This document shows, piece after piece, positions 19,102 to 29,736 of a DNA stretch of 64,000 bases. This DNA is from Escherichia coli (GTDB lineage Bacteria; Pseudomonadota; Gammaproteobacteria; Enterobacterales; Enterobacteriaceae): NCBI RefSeq assembly GCF_965641715.1, contig NZ_OZ282455.1. The stretch is one strand, 5' to 3'. The notes beneath the pieces are model-generated. The model searched no databases and was not told where the DNA came from. It was given only the letters and a program-made list of their open reading frames with translations. The number at the start of each line of letters is the position of its first letter. Within the stretch, counting starts at the first letter, position 1. Both the position numbers and the translations under genes were made by a program.

Positions 19102-19160
19102 ACTGAAAGTGCCGTTGTGACAGGCAATGTAAGAGTAAGCAACGGTGATTTCCTCCAGTG

Positions 19161-19268
19161 ATGGAGAAGCGGATGATTAATCTGTTAATCATCGTTCTCA
19201 GGGCAGTAGTTGCCGTTGCAAACGCGCTGATTGCTGTTCTGGAACTGATCCGGGAACTTGTCGACTGA
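19161..19268 (+). CDS. 35-aa hydrophobic peptide, DinQ/TisB-like type I toxin candidate
   Basis: MEKRMINLLIIVLRAVVAVANALIAVLELIRELVD: single predicted TM helix resembling DinQ/TisB-type peptides as I remember them; too short for the ORF track; followed by a hairpin. Confidence 0.5.
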   Translation: MEKRMINLLIIVLRAVVAVANALIAVLELIRELVD

Positions 19269-19288
19269 TAAGCCTGGAAACGTAACTA

Positions 19289-19317
19289 AGGGCAGGGAGT
19301 TACCGCTTCCTGCCCTT
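19289..19317. terminator. hairpin between the convergent small toxin-like ORF and orf58
   Basis: AGGGCAGG-(loop)-CCTGCCCT stem-loop. Confidence 0.45.
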
Positions 19318-19332
19318 TAACAAAAAGAGATC

Positions 19333-19509
19333 TCACGTTAAAAATTTGTACCCTTCTTTAACTTCCAGTGCCTGCTCCTTTGACTCAAACATCAGTCTTG
19401 TTTTCCCGGGAACACCCCATGAAATGTATTCAACATCTATCCACCATTTTCCATATTCTTCATATGGCCCGGATATTACTTTTTTGACAAAGGCGTCTAC
19501 CAGATTCAT
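19333..19509 (-). CDS. hypothetical small protein (58 aa from internal Met)
   Basis: MNLVDAFVKK... preceded by AAGGAAAAA RBS; the longer 94-aa track ORF probably over-extends. Confidence 0.35.
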   Translation of the reverse strand: MNLVDAFVKKVISGPYEEYGKWWIDVEYISWGVPGKTRLMFESKEQALEVKEGYKFLT

Positions 19510-19894
19510 TATTTTTTCCTTTTTGTGTTGAAAATAATTAATGCCAGAGCACAGCGAAAATAATGAATGCGCTGGCTGTGATAATTGCGATTTTCTCCCA
19601 TATGATATTTTTCTCATGGGGGATTCTACGGAGATTATTTCTTCGCATTGAGATACCGGTATTCATGTTTTATCTTGGACTTTTGTTTTGTTGTCTGTCT
19701 GGCAGGCTGTTCTGCGCCCGTTTGTGACAAGGTTAGCTTATGGGGTTAAATGGTCACGGACATCATGCGGACGGTTCCCTGTCACATGCCATCTGGTTTT
19801 TTCATTCAAATTGAGAGATATTGCTAAGTTGAGTCGCTTGCGATAGTGGACTCCTGTTTGTAAGTGAGTGCCATTGTTTATTTCATGAAGAGGA

Positions 19895-20110
19895 TTGATT
19901 ATGAGCATGCCTCCTGCGATAGCTAATACTTTCTTGTTTGAAATGATGAAGAGTAAATCAAAAGACGTTACACTTGCTGCGATCTATGCATTAGGTGAAG
20001 GCCGGTGTCAGGCGGAGAACATTACTCGTGAATTACATAGATTGAGTCAAAGTGATGATATGGAAATAAAAATTGCTGCGATTAAAGCACTTGGTCGAAT
20101 TTATCGGTAA
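19895..20110 (+). CDS. hypothetical small protein with HEAT-like repeat motif
   Basis: 71-aa ORF with repeated AA(I)xALG motifs; weak. Confidence 0.3.
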   Translation: MIMSMPPAIANTFLFEMMKSKSKDVTLAAIYALGEGRCQAENITRELHRLSQSDDMEIKIAAIKALGRIYR

Positions 20111-20181
20111 CGGCATAAGTTATCTGTTGTAATGAACAAAAGCCGGCTCATTTGAACCGGCTGTTATGGAGGGAGCTTATC

Positions 20182-20856
20182 TTAAAATACTTCGGCTACA
20201 GGCATGCCTGCAATCTGCTCCCACTCCTTACGCTTCTCCTGAATTAGGCGAGGAAAGTCGACAGGGTAATCATATCCTCTTTCTGCCATTGCATGCATTG
20301 TATCCGCCATCATTTTGGGATGGATGCATCCTGACGGAATTGAGACCATTGGTATATTTATGTATTTTGTATAAATCTCTAGTGTCTTGGCGTCGGTCAC
20401 AGTGCGTGTGAAGTTGTCAATGTCAAAGCCGATAATATCCATTATATTTCCAGGGTAAGCACGAGCATACAGCATAGTGCCTTTTTTGGTATCCACGCCA
20501 AAATAGACGCCCTGAGTAAAAGACAGTCCCTCATATTCTTTGTCAGGTGAATAAAAACCGGTGTTTTTTATCTCCGCGACAATTTTTTTTATTTTGTCTT
20601 TTCTTGAGCTTGCTCGGGAATACATCAATATTGCAGGGGCAATTAGTAAAAACAGACAGACGCAAGTATAAATATAATCTTCTTGCGTCACATATCTTGA
20701 AGATGTAATGGAGAGCACTCCGAAAAGAATAAAAATGGATAACACTGGTATGCTTATGAAATATATAAATCTAAGGGCGTAATATAATGTCCACCAAGCA
20801 GGATATCTATTGATTGTTTTTACCATTTGCATAATAAACCCTCCATAAACACTCAT
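20182..20856 (-). CDS. excA: entry exclusion protein ExcA
   Basis: AT-rich 224-aa membrane-protein ORF immediately downstream of traY, at the R64 exc position. Confidence 0.7.
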   Translation of the reverse strand: MSVYGGFIMQMVKTINRYPAWWTLYYALRFIYFISIPVLSIFILFGVLSITSSRYVTQEDYIYTCVCLFLLIAPAILMYSRASSRKDKIKKIVAEIKNTGFYSPDKEYEGLSFTQGVYFGVDTKKGTMLYARAYPGNIMDIIGFDIDNFTRTVTDAKTLEIYTKYINIPMVSIPSGCIHPKMMADTMHAMAERGYDYPVDFPRLIQEKRKEWEQIAGMPVAEVF

Positions 20857-20905
20857 CGATATTTTAATGCGATTGAGTGTTTATGGCAAGGTTGTTTTAT
20901 TAAAA

Positions 20906-23143
20906 TTATCCTTTTATTCCATCTTTATTATCATCCTTTGTGACATTTTTTAGTCTGTCCTCTCTAACTCCAGGGCTGTGTCTAATATTTCTATTAGAAC
21001 CTGCAAAAATATCTTTTACTGATGAGGTGAGGTTGCCAAGAGTATTTACACCATCTCTACCACCCAAGAAATTGATAACATGGTCAGGAAGATATGCTTG
21101 TAAAGCAAATATTGCAGCTACAGACGTTGTACACATACGGGCGTAAATTAGCAGGAACCCGGCAAGGCTGAATATCCCTGTTAATGATTTTACCTGTACG
21201 TTAACTAGTGCTGCGCCAAACAGTGAGTTTAATATTGTGCCGACGGCAATGATGGCGACAGAGGCAAAAAAGAAACCGAATACCATGAGAGGTGGTCTTA
21301 TCATGCTGTCAATTAAGTATATATATCCGTAAGCTGCTCGACTTCCTCTGTCCTCTGATGTTCCTAGATGTGTTGCTGCCCACAGAGGCCCGGCGGTGCA
21401 TCCTATTAATACGCTTACTATCCAGTTCCCAATGCCTGTCATCCAGAAAATGAATGGTATAAATGGTAGGTAAATTGATAAGGAAAAACCCGCACAAAAC
21501 AACAGGAACAACAAGAAATATATTGGGGGAGCTGCAGCATCCAGCAGAGCAACAAATCCTTTAGGTAATCCAGAGAACAAATTAACAGCCTTTCCGAAAA
21601 TAGAGTTATCACCCATTGTCGCGAGAACTCTGACAGTTGTATATCCTGTCCAGAGAATTTCTGTTGTACCCAATGTATAATCGCCGATGTTTTTCATCTT
21701 AATTAATGGGTTAACTTGGTTGCTGGTTGTTCCTGTTCCTGACCATTCAGTAGCAGCTTGGTTTGTCCATTTTAATATGGTTGGCGCTATACTTTTCATG
21801 ACCACACTTTGTGGGTCTGTGCTATTAGCTGCATTACTTTCATCTTGAGTTGTTATCGTTCCTATCGTTGGAGTATATGTGGAGTTCTGCAATTGAGTCT
21901 TGTATGCCCCCATAACAGCACTAAATAAATCAGTATCGCCAACTTCCCCAAGTGATGACATTGAAGTTACAGCTGGAGCTCGGTCTGCCAGCTCTGCCAG
22001 ACGTTGGTTAGCAGTGGCAAAGGTCTGATACCACGCGCCAAGCGTCACCCATCCATAGGTTGTGAGATAAGACTTGAGAGCTTCTTTCCTGGATTGTTCT
22101 CCGTTATCAATAGGTAATGATTTTTGTACAGCACGTTCATACTCGTCGGCTGCTCTCTGAATCCGTGTCTCGATATCCGGCAATGTTCCGTTGCCAGAAT
22201 TTCTTTTTTCCAGAAATGTTGTCACAAACTCACTGGCAGCGTTGTCCATGTCGCTAATCATATTATCCATGGCTGCACGTTGTGCTGAGATAACACCGCT
22301 GTATTCGTTTTTACTGAAGGGATTAAAGAATTTTCCAATCGTCGATTGATCTGTTGTTCCGTTTCCTTCTACTGACAGGCTGGCTGAACCACAGATACCG
22401 CTGCCATTGGATACCGTGACAGTGTAATTACCACTGGCGGTTTTAGCTGATTCTGTCATCAGTGAAGTCGAGGATTTGACCGTCTGATTAAAATCATTTA
22501 GTCCTGCGTTAACCGCATACTTACACAGTTCCATTTCAAAAATGCCACGCGCTGCTGTTCGTGTGGATGCCTGAACTGGCTGTACAGTCATTGAATAACC
22601 ATTTGCGATATTATCAGCGGCAAGTTGCACCATCACATTGGCGGACCCAACCCCCATTATCGATGCGCCCCATAACATAATGAGCTGAGCGATACTCCAG
22701 CCATTTCCGGTTGGAACGATCATCAGAAAACCTGCAACGACACTCAGTGTGCCGACGATATCGCGTCCGGTGCTGAATACCTGTCCCTGATGCCCCGAAC
22801 GCACAACATGACGGATACCAATGAACATAAACCAGACAACGGCAAGTACGGCGATGATACTGTTGAACGCCCCGAACATGCTTCCGATCAGAGTGGGGGC
22901 GCTGGTTGACAGTGGATTGGTGACTACATCACCGAATATCGTGACCAGCGCCTGACGGGACAGATCGTCAGGATTGGTTGCGGCAGACACAATATCCTGA
23001 TAGGTCACTGAAGCCATTGCCGGCAGTGAGGATATAGCAAGGCCTGCACAGAGTGCGCGAAGTAAAATTTTCACAGTAACTCCGGAATAGAATTGCGTAT
23101 GGGCAAAGGCCACACAGGATTTAATTAAGGGGGATGGCGACAT
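20906..23143 (-). CDS. traY: conjugal transfer integral membrane protein TraY
   Basis: 745-aa polytopic membrane ORF; length matches recalled R64 TraY. Confidence 0.8.
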   Translation of the reverse strand: MSPSPLIKSCVAFAHTQFYSGVTVKILLRALCAGLAISSLPAMASVTYQDIVSAATNPDDLSRQALVTIFGDVVTNPLSTSAPTLIGSMFGAFNSIIAVLAVVWFMFIGIRHVVRSGHQGQVFSTGRDIVGTLSVVAGFLMIVPTGNGWSIAQLIMLWGASIMGVGSANVMVQLAADNIANGYSMTVQPVQASTRTAARGIFEMELCKYAVNAGLNDFNQTVKSSTSLMTESAKTASGNYTVTVSNGSGICGSASLSVEGNGTTDQSTIGKFFNPFSKNEYSGVISAQRAAMDNMISDMDNAASEFVTTFLEKRNSGNGTLPDIETRIQRAADEYERAVQKSLPIDNGEQSRKEALKSYLTTYGWVTLGAWYQTFATANQRLAELADRAPAVTSMSSLGEVGDTDLFSAVMGAYKTQLQNSTYTPTIGTITTQDESNAANSTDPQSVVMKSIAPTILKWTNQAATEWSGTGTTSNQVNPLIKMKNIGDYTLGTTEILWTGYTTVRVLATMGDNSIFGKAVNLFSGLPKGFVALLDAAAPPIYFLLFLLFCAGFSLSIYLPFIPFIFWMTGIGNWIVSVLIGCTAGPLWAATHLGTSEDRGSRAAYGYIYLIDSMIRPPLMVFGFFFASVAIIAVGTILNSLFGAALVNVQVKSLTGIFSLAGFLLIYARMCTTSVAAIFALQAYLPDHVINFLGGRDGVNTLGNLTSSVKDIFAGSNRNIRHSPGVREDRLKNVTKDDNKDGIKG

Positions 23144-23170
23144 GCCAGTGGTACTGGCATCTGGACGTGA

Positions 23171-23755
23171 TCAGTATTGTTTACTGGTTACGGCAATTAA
23201 TGTGGCATTGCGCCAGCCATTGCGGTCGTTCAGAAAATCACGGAAAGTCCCCTGCTCGGGTTCGCTGACTTTTCGTTCATGCAACTGCCAGAGGCGGTAT
23301 GTAACAATCAGTGCTCTGGAAGCACAAAGAGCGACGCCTGACAGTATCAACACAAGAGTGCTGATGGCGCGTACCAGAGTCGTAAGAGGTAATGAAGAGG
23401 CGGCAAAGAGCATACCACTGAGAAACAAAGCGATGGCCAGCAGACTCCAGCAACAGAATCGCCATACTGTTCTGCGCCGGCGGAAACGACGATCCAGATC
23501 GTCTACTGACATATGGCTGGCCTGCAGAGCTTCTTCCCACGTGAGGTGGAGTTGCGCCTTTTTATTATTTACCTGACGAAATCTGTCCAGCCTGCGTTTT
23601 TGTTGTTCCAGCATATGCTGTACAGAATTCGTTATCAGGCGAGTCTCCATCAGAGGAACAAAAATGTTAATAATCCCCCGGGTGGCTATGCGGGTTATGG
23701 ATGGTGATTTTTTGACGTTTTTCGTCTGGTCTGAATTTTCCGGTAACTTATTCAT
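23171..23755 (-). CDS. traX: TraX
   Basis: 194-aa ORF with two hydrophobic segments; synteny. Confidence 0.65.
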   Translation of the reverse strand: MNKLPENSDQTKNVKKSPSITRIATRGIINIFVPLMETRLITNSVQHMLEQQKRRLDRFRQVNNKKAQLHLTWEEALQASHMSVDDLDRRFRRRRTVWRFCCWSLLAIALFLSGMLFAASSLPLTTLVRAISTLVLILSGVALCASRALIVTYRLWQLHERKVSEPEQGTFRDFLNDRNGWRNATLIAVTSKQY

Positions 23756-23783
23756 TTTTTCAGTCCTGTTCTGACGTCAGCTT

Positions 23784-24986
23784 TCAACGTGCGTTTGCCT
23801 GATTGATTGTTTTCTCAAGGCTACCGAGTTGTTTTTCATAATACTGGCGGGCGGTCAGAGCCAGTTGCTGTCCAGAGATGACATTACCCTGGCGGATCTG
23901 TTCTTTCAGGTCGTTCAGTTGCCAGTTCATTTGCGCAGTGATTCTTACCAGTTCACGGAGCAGGTTATCTCCCTGCATTTCCTGTAAATCCACCAGGTAT
24001 GCTGTGTTGGCGTAGCGCCGGCCAGCCTCAAAAGCTTCAAACTCACGGGTACTCATATATCCCCGTGCTTTTGCTTCTGGTGAAGCCACCTGGTCGAAGT
24101 AAGCGGCCGCTGAGTCTGACTGCAGTGTTTCAGCCAGTGCTTTACGTGTGCTTTCATTAGGCGTGCTGTCAGCAATCAGCGTCAGTTGGGGATTCGACGC
24201 AGAATCAATGATGCCGTTGTATTCGTTCTGGAGTCCGACGTAGGTTCGCCCACTCTGGGTATTCACTTCTCCTTTACCCAGAGCACGACCGGCAGAGGGG
24301 CGGGAAGTGTTTTTCATGTAAGCCGTCGCTGCATCTATTTGCTTCTGATCCCATGTCAGTGCTGCAGGTGTGTCCGCTGTACCTGCGCCGTGGTAAATCG
24401 AGCGTACCTGACTGTCTCCACCTGGTATTTCGCCCACAGAAGGACAAACGGCGGTTCCTCCAAAACGTGCATATTCTGCTTCTGTACAGTAACTGGCGTG
24501 TATGGCCGCGCCATCATAAGCTTCCCGCACGGGAGAGTTTGCTGCGCTGGCCAGACGGTCGCGGATGCTACGGTTGCTCACACCGCCACCTTTACTGAGT
24601 TTTGAGGCTGCGGATGCTGAGGCACTTTTGCTTTCTGTTGCAATCCCTGATGCGGATTCACTGCAGATGGAGTCTGGCACGGTGAAGCTTTTCCGTGCCT
24701 CCTCGAGGCGCTGAGTTTCATTACTGAAAATCATCTGCTGACGTGTCGCCTGTCCGTTCTGGGCAATGACACTTGCCAGCTTTTCAGAGTTCTGATTGAT
24801 AGCGGTACCCGTGGCTGTCTGGGTACTCAGTATGTTGCCAAGGACATCTTTGATGGCTTCCATTCTGGGGATGACCTGCTCTTCAACAGGCCGGCTGGCG
24901 ACGACGGTGACTGAATAAGCATGAGCCTGGCATGCCGTTCCACTCAGGGTGGCTATAAGGGCTGCGAGTAATGTTTTTCTTTGCAT
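23784..24986 (-). CDS. traW: TraW lipoprotein
   Basis: 400-aa ORF with signal peptide; synteny. Confidence 0.7.
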   Translation of the reverse strand: MQRKTLLAALIATLSGTACQAHAYSVTVVASRPVEEQVIPRMEAIKDVLGNILSTQTATGTAINQNSEKLASVIAQNGQATRQQMIFSNETQRLEEARKSFTVPDSICSESASGIATESKSASASAASKLSKGGGVSNRSIRDRLASAANSPVREAYDGAAIHASYCTEAEYARFGGTAVCPSVGEIPGGDSQVRSIYHGAGTADTPAALTWDQKQIDAATAYMKNTSRPSAGRALGKGEVNTQSGRTYVGLQNEYNGIIDSASNPQLTLIADSTPNESTRKALAETLQSDSAAAYFDQVASPEAKARGYMSTREFEAFEAGRRYANTAYLVDLQEMQGDNLLRELVRITAQMNWQLNDLKEQIRQGNVISGQQLALTARQYYEKQLGSLEKTINQANAR

Positions 24987-25567
24987 TTTATTGTCTCCTG
25001 CTCGGGATGGAGCACAAGGTCAGGAAGGCTGTCGTATTTTCTGTTTTCAGGTAGTGGGGCCAGTGGGAAACACTGAAATCGCCTGGTGATATAACCTTTC
25101 CTGTTCCGGTTATCGATGATGCTGAAAGAACGACGTCTGACGCGCCGTAAGGTGGAAGGGTCAGTATCCATAACAGGCCAGTCACCGGCACTCAGTGCCG
25201 GCGTTCCGGGAACGGATGGCCATAACCAGGTATCATCGGACATCAGCGAAGCCAGCGGTGAAGGGAGTATCCACTGGATGACATGCTGAACGTCGAATGG
25301 TGCTTCATCCGGGACAGAAACCTGCCATATTGCCGTTGTTATCAGCTCATCTGTGCTGGACGGCAACAACAACCGCATGCCTGTAACCTTTCCCTGTGTT
25401 CTGGCATCCGAGGCGTATATCACTCTGGGATTGGGGGCCGGATGTAATCTGAAGACACGTGACGGCAGAGTGAATGAGAAACTGTCACCTTTTACCTCAA
25501 GTTTTTTAAGAAATACCTGCCCTCTGGCAGGTCTCCGGCAGCGTGGGGTGATATGAATTGTACACAT
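24953..25567 (-). CDS. traV: TraV
   Basis: 204-aa ORF; synteny. Confidence 0.65.
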   Translation of the reverse strand: MCTIHITPRCRRPARGQVFLKKLEVKGDSFSFTLPSRVFRLHPAPNPRVIYASDARTQGKVTGMRLLLPSSTDELITTAIWQVSVPDEAPFDVQHVIQWILPSPLASLMSDDTWLWPSVPGTPALSAGDWPVMDTDPSTLRRVRRRSFSIIDNRNRKGYITRRFQCFPLAPLPENRKYDSLPDLVLHPEQETIKCKEKHYSQPL

Positions 25568-28500
25568 CAGAGATTGTATCCCTGTTTTCGGATGAGCTCC
25601 GAGGCCAGTTCTTCAATAACATTGTCACTGTTATGTTGGCCCGCCCGGTGCTCAATTAATGACGTTGCAGAACCTCTGGGGAAGTTTTCGGCCAGAATCT
25701 TACGTGCCCGAACTGAACCTAACTTATTTGTCAGTGTTTTACGCAGGGCACTGTCTTTTGGCGATGAGTTCAGCGCCCATAGCTCCAGTGGACCGACGGT
25801 AAATTTGAGTATTCTCGCAAGCGTGCCACTTTTTACCCTGAATACTCCCAGAACAGGAACACCACTACCATCTGGTGCCGGGCCTTCCGGCATTTTCAGG
25901 AAGCGTTTCAGCATAAATTCAGGAACGTTGAAGTTATCCCTCAGTACGGGGATATCTTCGGGTTTGTAGCGCAGTAACCAGAGAGTATTTGCTGACTTAA
26001 GAACGCTTTCCGGGTAGTCCCTCAGATACTGCGTACTCAGAACCGTGCGGATAGCAAACTTGCGTTGCTCACGCTCCTGGGTATCCAGATTTTCCCAGAT
26101 GAAGTCAATGCCCCGGGCGTTATGCAGTTCATCATAAACTTTTGTCTTAACCTCCTGATCAAGTTGGTTAATACGTTTAAGAGCGATTTCATGGTATTCC
26201 CGTGGAAGCTGCTTTAACACTTCATCCCTGTATTGTGGCAGGGTGAAGTCACCACCGGCGATCTGACCTGCAAGCAGGTACATGATGCCGGTTTTAAGCC
26301 TGCCTGCAGGCGTTTTGTCACCGGCAACATTATTCAGATCGACAGCGATGACCCGGGTTTCCGGGTTGATCATAAACCGGGTATACCCGGATATCATGGG
26401 GTAGTCGTTATGTCCCTGCTCCAGGGCGCGGCGGATGTAGTCCAGCAGAAGCTCGTTTGAACCATCACGCTGAACAGTACCGAAAACATCCCTGAGACTG
26501 GTATGGCCCAGCATCGAGGACACTTCGGGAAGCTGGGGCATTGCCTGATAATGTGCCCGCTGAGCCGCCATGATATACCCGGCATTGTGGAGCATATCCC
26601 GGACTTCAAACCAGGTTGATCTGGCCCACCAGGCTGCATCATGTTTTTCATACAGTCCCGAGTCCTGCAGTGCTGAATCCACCAGTTCTTCCGTTGAGGC
26701 GCGATAAAGTCGCGGATTATTTTCACCGTACTCTTTAAAAGCCAGCTCGATAAGCTGGTTGATAATTTGTCGGGTGTCTCCGGGGTTACAGGGTTGACCG
26801 GTACCGGTATCGACACAGAGAGCACACAGCACCGATGACATGAAATTCTTTTCCGGCGTAATAGGCTTTTTAGCGCCGTACATCACGTCAAAAAGGTTAC
26901 GGGTGTAGTCCGGATCATTGCTCAGAATAATACCGACAGCTTCGTCTTTTCTTTCCTGAGGAAGACTGTCGCGAATAAGCTGAACCAGTCCCTGAGCACT
27001 GTATCCCTTATCGATATAGGCAATGAAGGGCAGGTTTTTCTGAGCAGATGATATCTGTATTTCCGACAACGTATTAATCAGAACTGATTTACCCAGTCCC
27101 GGATCGCCTGGTGCCAGTTCTGTATGTTTATTTTGTTGGGATGACGCCAGACCAACCTCAAATGCGGAACCGTCTTCTGTATGTAACATCAGATTCCCTT
27201 TGCCTCGCCAGACAGAGCCTGCCCTGTTAAGCGGGAAAAGCGAGATGGCATGTGACAACGGGGGATACAGGGGAACCGGGCCGGAGCCTCCGGATGCCGC
27301 GAGAATGGTATTCACCCAGGCGCGTCGGGGATCGCCAAATGTTGTCGTGGTGCCACATACGCCCCAGCCTTCAATGGCCGATTTCAGAATGGCCTGGTTT
27401 CGTGTGCATATTTCACGTGTTTTTCCCCACGTGGAGGCCATGATGGTCATTATGCAGACAGGTTCTTTTTCATCCGTTGCCGCCAGGGTCATAACGGATT
27501 CATACATTGGACGAACGGCAGAAATGAAGCTGCTGTAAGTCAGAAGCGTTTTCTTCAGATTAAGAGCCTTCATCCCGCCGGGCATCAGATCCATTCTGAT
27601 GCGCCAGGGGACTGCGCGGGGGACGGCACGGACCAGTTCGTTAAACGTCTGCAGATTTTGCGGAGGTAAAGTAATCGATACCATTCCGTGCCAGAGTCCA
27701 CCCGCCTGAACCAGGTTGCCCTGTGTGGTCACCTGAGTGTTGAATAACTGCAAATGCAATGAAGGAGCATGTAGTACGGATTCATCGTCAGTCCAGCGAT
27801 ATCCCGCTGGCTGGGCATCTTCAGGCAGGTGGGGTTGCCAGTTACGCGGTGTGCTGTGCCGTTCTGTCTGACGACGTATTTCACGCCCGACCTCGTGTAT
27901 ATCCAGTAGCCGGAGAATCAGGCCATCAGATGAATGTCTCAGTGCCTGTTCCACATTATCAAGAAAAGCTTCGTGGCGGATTTTCAGTGCAGATAAGGTC
28001 CACTGCCAGGGGGACTGGGCAAAGCGTGCTTTCGGTACCCGTTCAGCCAGTCTTCTGACAAGCTCATCATGGGCGGTGCGATCGCTGTTGCTGATAAGGT
28101 CGGGTCCACTCCAGATCGCCAGCCAGCAACGCTCCCGGACCAGCCATGGGGACAGTGTTGTGACTTTCTCATCGACCACATCCTGTAACTGGATACCTGT
28201 ATTAGCCAGTGAGCGCTTTTGTGGGGCGACCATGTCTTCGATTTCTTCTTTCCCCATGTCAGGATCACGCTCAAAAACGAAGCTGATTTTATGACCGCTG
28301 TTTTTATATGCCGTATTCAGGCTGTCACTCATGCTGGTGATCAGCGATTCCAGTGAACCTGGGCCAGTCTGGTCGGATGCTTCATCCATTTCCCTGAAAG
28401 CACCGCTGACTTCAAAGACAGAGAGATATTCTCCACGCTTTGTGGCTGCAATATAGGGCGAATTCAGCCATGGGCGACGTTCACGATCCTGTCTGTCCAG

Positions 28501-28611
28501 ACCTATTACAGTACGTAAATCGCAATACTCAACAAAACTGCTTGCGACAGAGAAACGGGATAGCGTGTTCAGACAGTCTTCGATAGTGAAGATTAAACGG
28601 TTTATGTTCAT
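25567..28611 (-). CDS. traU: TraU, DotO/IcmB-like ATPase
   Basis: Large ORF with P-loop GDPGLGKS; start placed at the internal Met giving 1014 aa, which matches my recollection of R64 TraU; track ORF extends to 28704. Confidence 0.8.
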   Translation of the reverse strand: MNINRLIFTIEDCLNTLSRFSVASSFVEYCDLRTVIGLDRQDRERRPWLNSPYIAATKRGEYLSVFEVSGAFREMDEASDQTGPGSLESLITSMSDSLNTAYKNSGHKISFVFERDPDMGKEEIEDMVAPQKRSLANTGIQLQDVVDEKVTTLSPWLVRERCWLAIWSGPDLISNSDRTAHDELVRRLAERVPKARFAQSPWQWTLSALKIRHEAFLDNVEQALRHSSDGLILRLLDIHEVGREIRRQTERHSTPRNWQPHLPEDAQPAGYRWTDDESVLHAPSLHLQLFNTQVTTQGNLVQAGGLWHGMVSITLPPQNLQTFNELVRAVPRAVPWRIRMDLMPGGMKALNLKKTLLTYSSFISAVRPMYESVMTLAATDEKEPVCIMTIMASTWGKTREICTRNQAILKSAIEGWGVCGTTTTFGDPRRAWVNTILAASGGSGPVPLYPPLSHAISLFPLNRAGSVWRGKGNLMLHTEDGSAFEVGLASSQQNKHTELAPGDPGLGKSVLINTLSEIQISSAQKNLPFIAYIDKGYSAQGLVQLIRDSLPQERKDEAVGIILSNDPDYTRNLFDVMYGAKKPITPEKNFMSSVLCALCVDTGTGQPCNPGDTRQIINQLIELAFKEYGENNPRLYRASTEELVDSALQDSGLYEKHDAAWWARSTWFEVRDMLHNAGYIMAAQRAHYQAMPQLPEVSSMLGHTSLRDVFGTVQRDGSNELLLDYIRRALEQGHNDYPMISGYTRFMINPETRVIAVDLNNVAGDKTPAGRLKTGIMYLLAGQIAGGDFTLPQYRDEVLKQLPREYHEIALKRINQLDQEVKTKVYDELHNARGIDFIWENLDTQEREQRKFAIRTVLSTQYLRDYPESVLKSANTLWLLRYKPEDIPVLRDNFNVPEFMLKRFLKMPEGPAPDGSGVPVLGVFRVKSGTLARILKFTVGPLELWALNSSPKDSALRKTLTNKLGSVRARKILAENFPRGSATSLIEHRAGQHNSDNVIEELASELIRKQGYNL

Positions 28612-28700
28612 AGGTGAGGGAACTCCGGACTTACAGGAGGGAGGTTTGTGCAGTTTGATTTTTTTAATGCCACCCCGCGCTGGAGTGGCATGAAGAAAAA

Positions 28701-29501
28701 TCAATCAACGTATTCTTTTTTGATGAATGAATCTGGTGTCAGAATCAGGGCAATCCCGTTCATTTTTTCACGCAGGGGCGAACGACCGGAAGGTGGATAG
28801 CGACGAAAAACGTCAGCGAAATCGGCCGGGCGGAAACTGCGGAATTTATCCTCAACCGCCAGTCTGTTTTGCATCAGTGCAGAGAGCGCTTCCCGTCCCC
28901 GCCGGACCCGGAACTTATCATTACTGAAAACTTCCTGTAATGAACGACGGTTAAGGGCCACGACCGTGGATGGATGAAGGTCGGGTAGCCACACCATAAC
29001 GCCCTGTGCTGCGGCATAACCATTCAGTGAATGCCAGGCGTGGCAGAAAGCACATAAGCTGTAAGGCGGGCCGTCTTCATGAAACAGTTCCTGCTCTTTC
29101 TCTGACAACGACTCTGTACTGGTGATTTCAGCTTTCTGTACATGGCGGAGTGAAAGACGTCTGGCAGACAGACGGGCCTGCTCAAGCGCCCGTTCAGCGG
29201 CTTTTACTGCCGTGTTGTACTTTTCCTTTTCGCCGGTTGCGACTGGTTCACCACGCTTTTTTAACTTATCCAGATGTTCTGTGGCCTTATTAAGACGAAC
29301 TCGTGTGTCACTGATTGTGTCGGTAAGCTGTCTGAGTGGCCATGAGTCATCCAGTCTGAAACGGTGCCTGACGTTTTGCCGGCAGCAGATACATCGACCG
29401 GGCGTTGTTAATTCCGGTTCCGGTAACAGTGGCTCCTGTGTATGAACCACATCAATTTCTGGAAAGGGATACAACCACAAGTCTTTAATGCTGTGTTGCA
29501 T
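28701..29501 (-). CDS. traT: TraT
   Basis: 266-aa ORF; synteny. Confidence 0.65.
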   Translation of the reverse strand: MQHSIKDLWLYPFPEIDVVHTQEPLLPEPELTTPGRCICCRQNVRHRFRLDDSWPLRQLTDTISDTRVRLNKATEHLDKLKKRGEPVATGEKEKYNTAVKAAERALEQARLSARRLSLRHVQKAEITSTESLSEKEQELFHEDGPPYSLCAFCHAWHSLNGYAAAQGVMVWLPDLHPSTVVALNRRSLQEVFSNDKFRVRRGREALSALMQNRLAVEDKFRSFRPADFADVFRRYPPSGRSPLREKMNGIALILTPDSFIKKEYVD

Positions 29502-29673
29502 GAGCAGGCTCCGTACTGGTGTAACGTTTCACGGCTTCCAGAATGATGTTTGCGATTTCATCGGAACAGCATTCTGCAAAAATGAATTCCTGATCGTCCC
29601 GACTGTCGTGGGCAATCACATTGCCGTTTTCTGTTCGTCGTAACGTTATGTGCTCCGGGCTCCAGGCAGACAT
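29485..29673 (-). CDS. traS: TraS
   Basis: 62-aa ORF overlapping traT start; synteny. Confidence 0.5.
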   Translation of the reverse strand: MSAWSPEHITLRRTENGNVIAHDSRDDQEFIFAECCSDEIANIILEAVKRYTSTEPAHATQH

Positions 29674-29736
29674 ATGTGCCTCCTTGTATTGCCGAACAGG
29701 AAGGGCACCGGATAAATGCCAGTGCCCTGGACAAGA

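Noticed and set aside
20182-20900. AT-rich excA segment (and AT-rich 58700-59450) as a recent foreign insertion
   Set aside because: Both sit at conserved backbone positions with the expected neighbours; low GC is more likely a property of these genes than evidence of an insertion.
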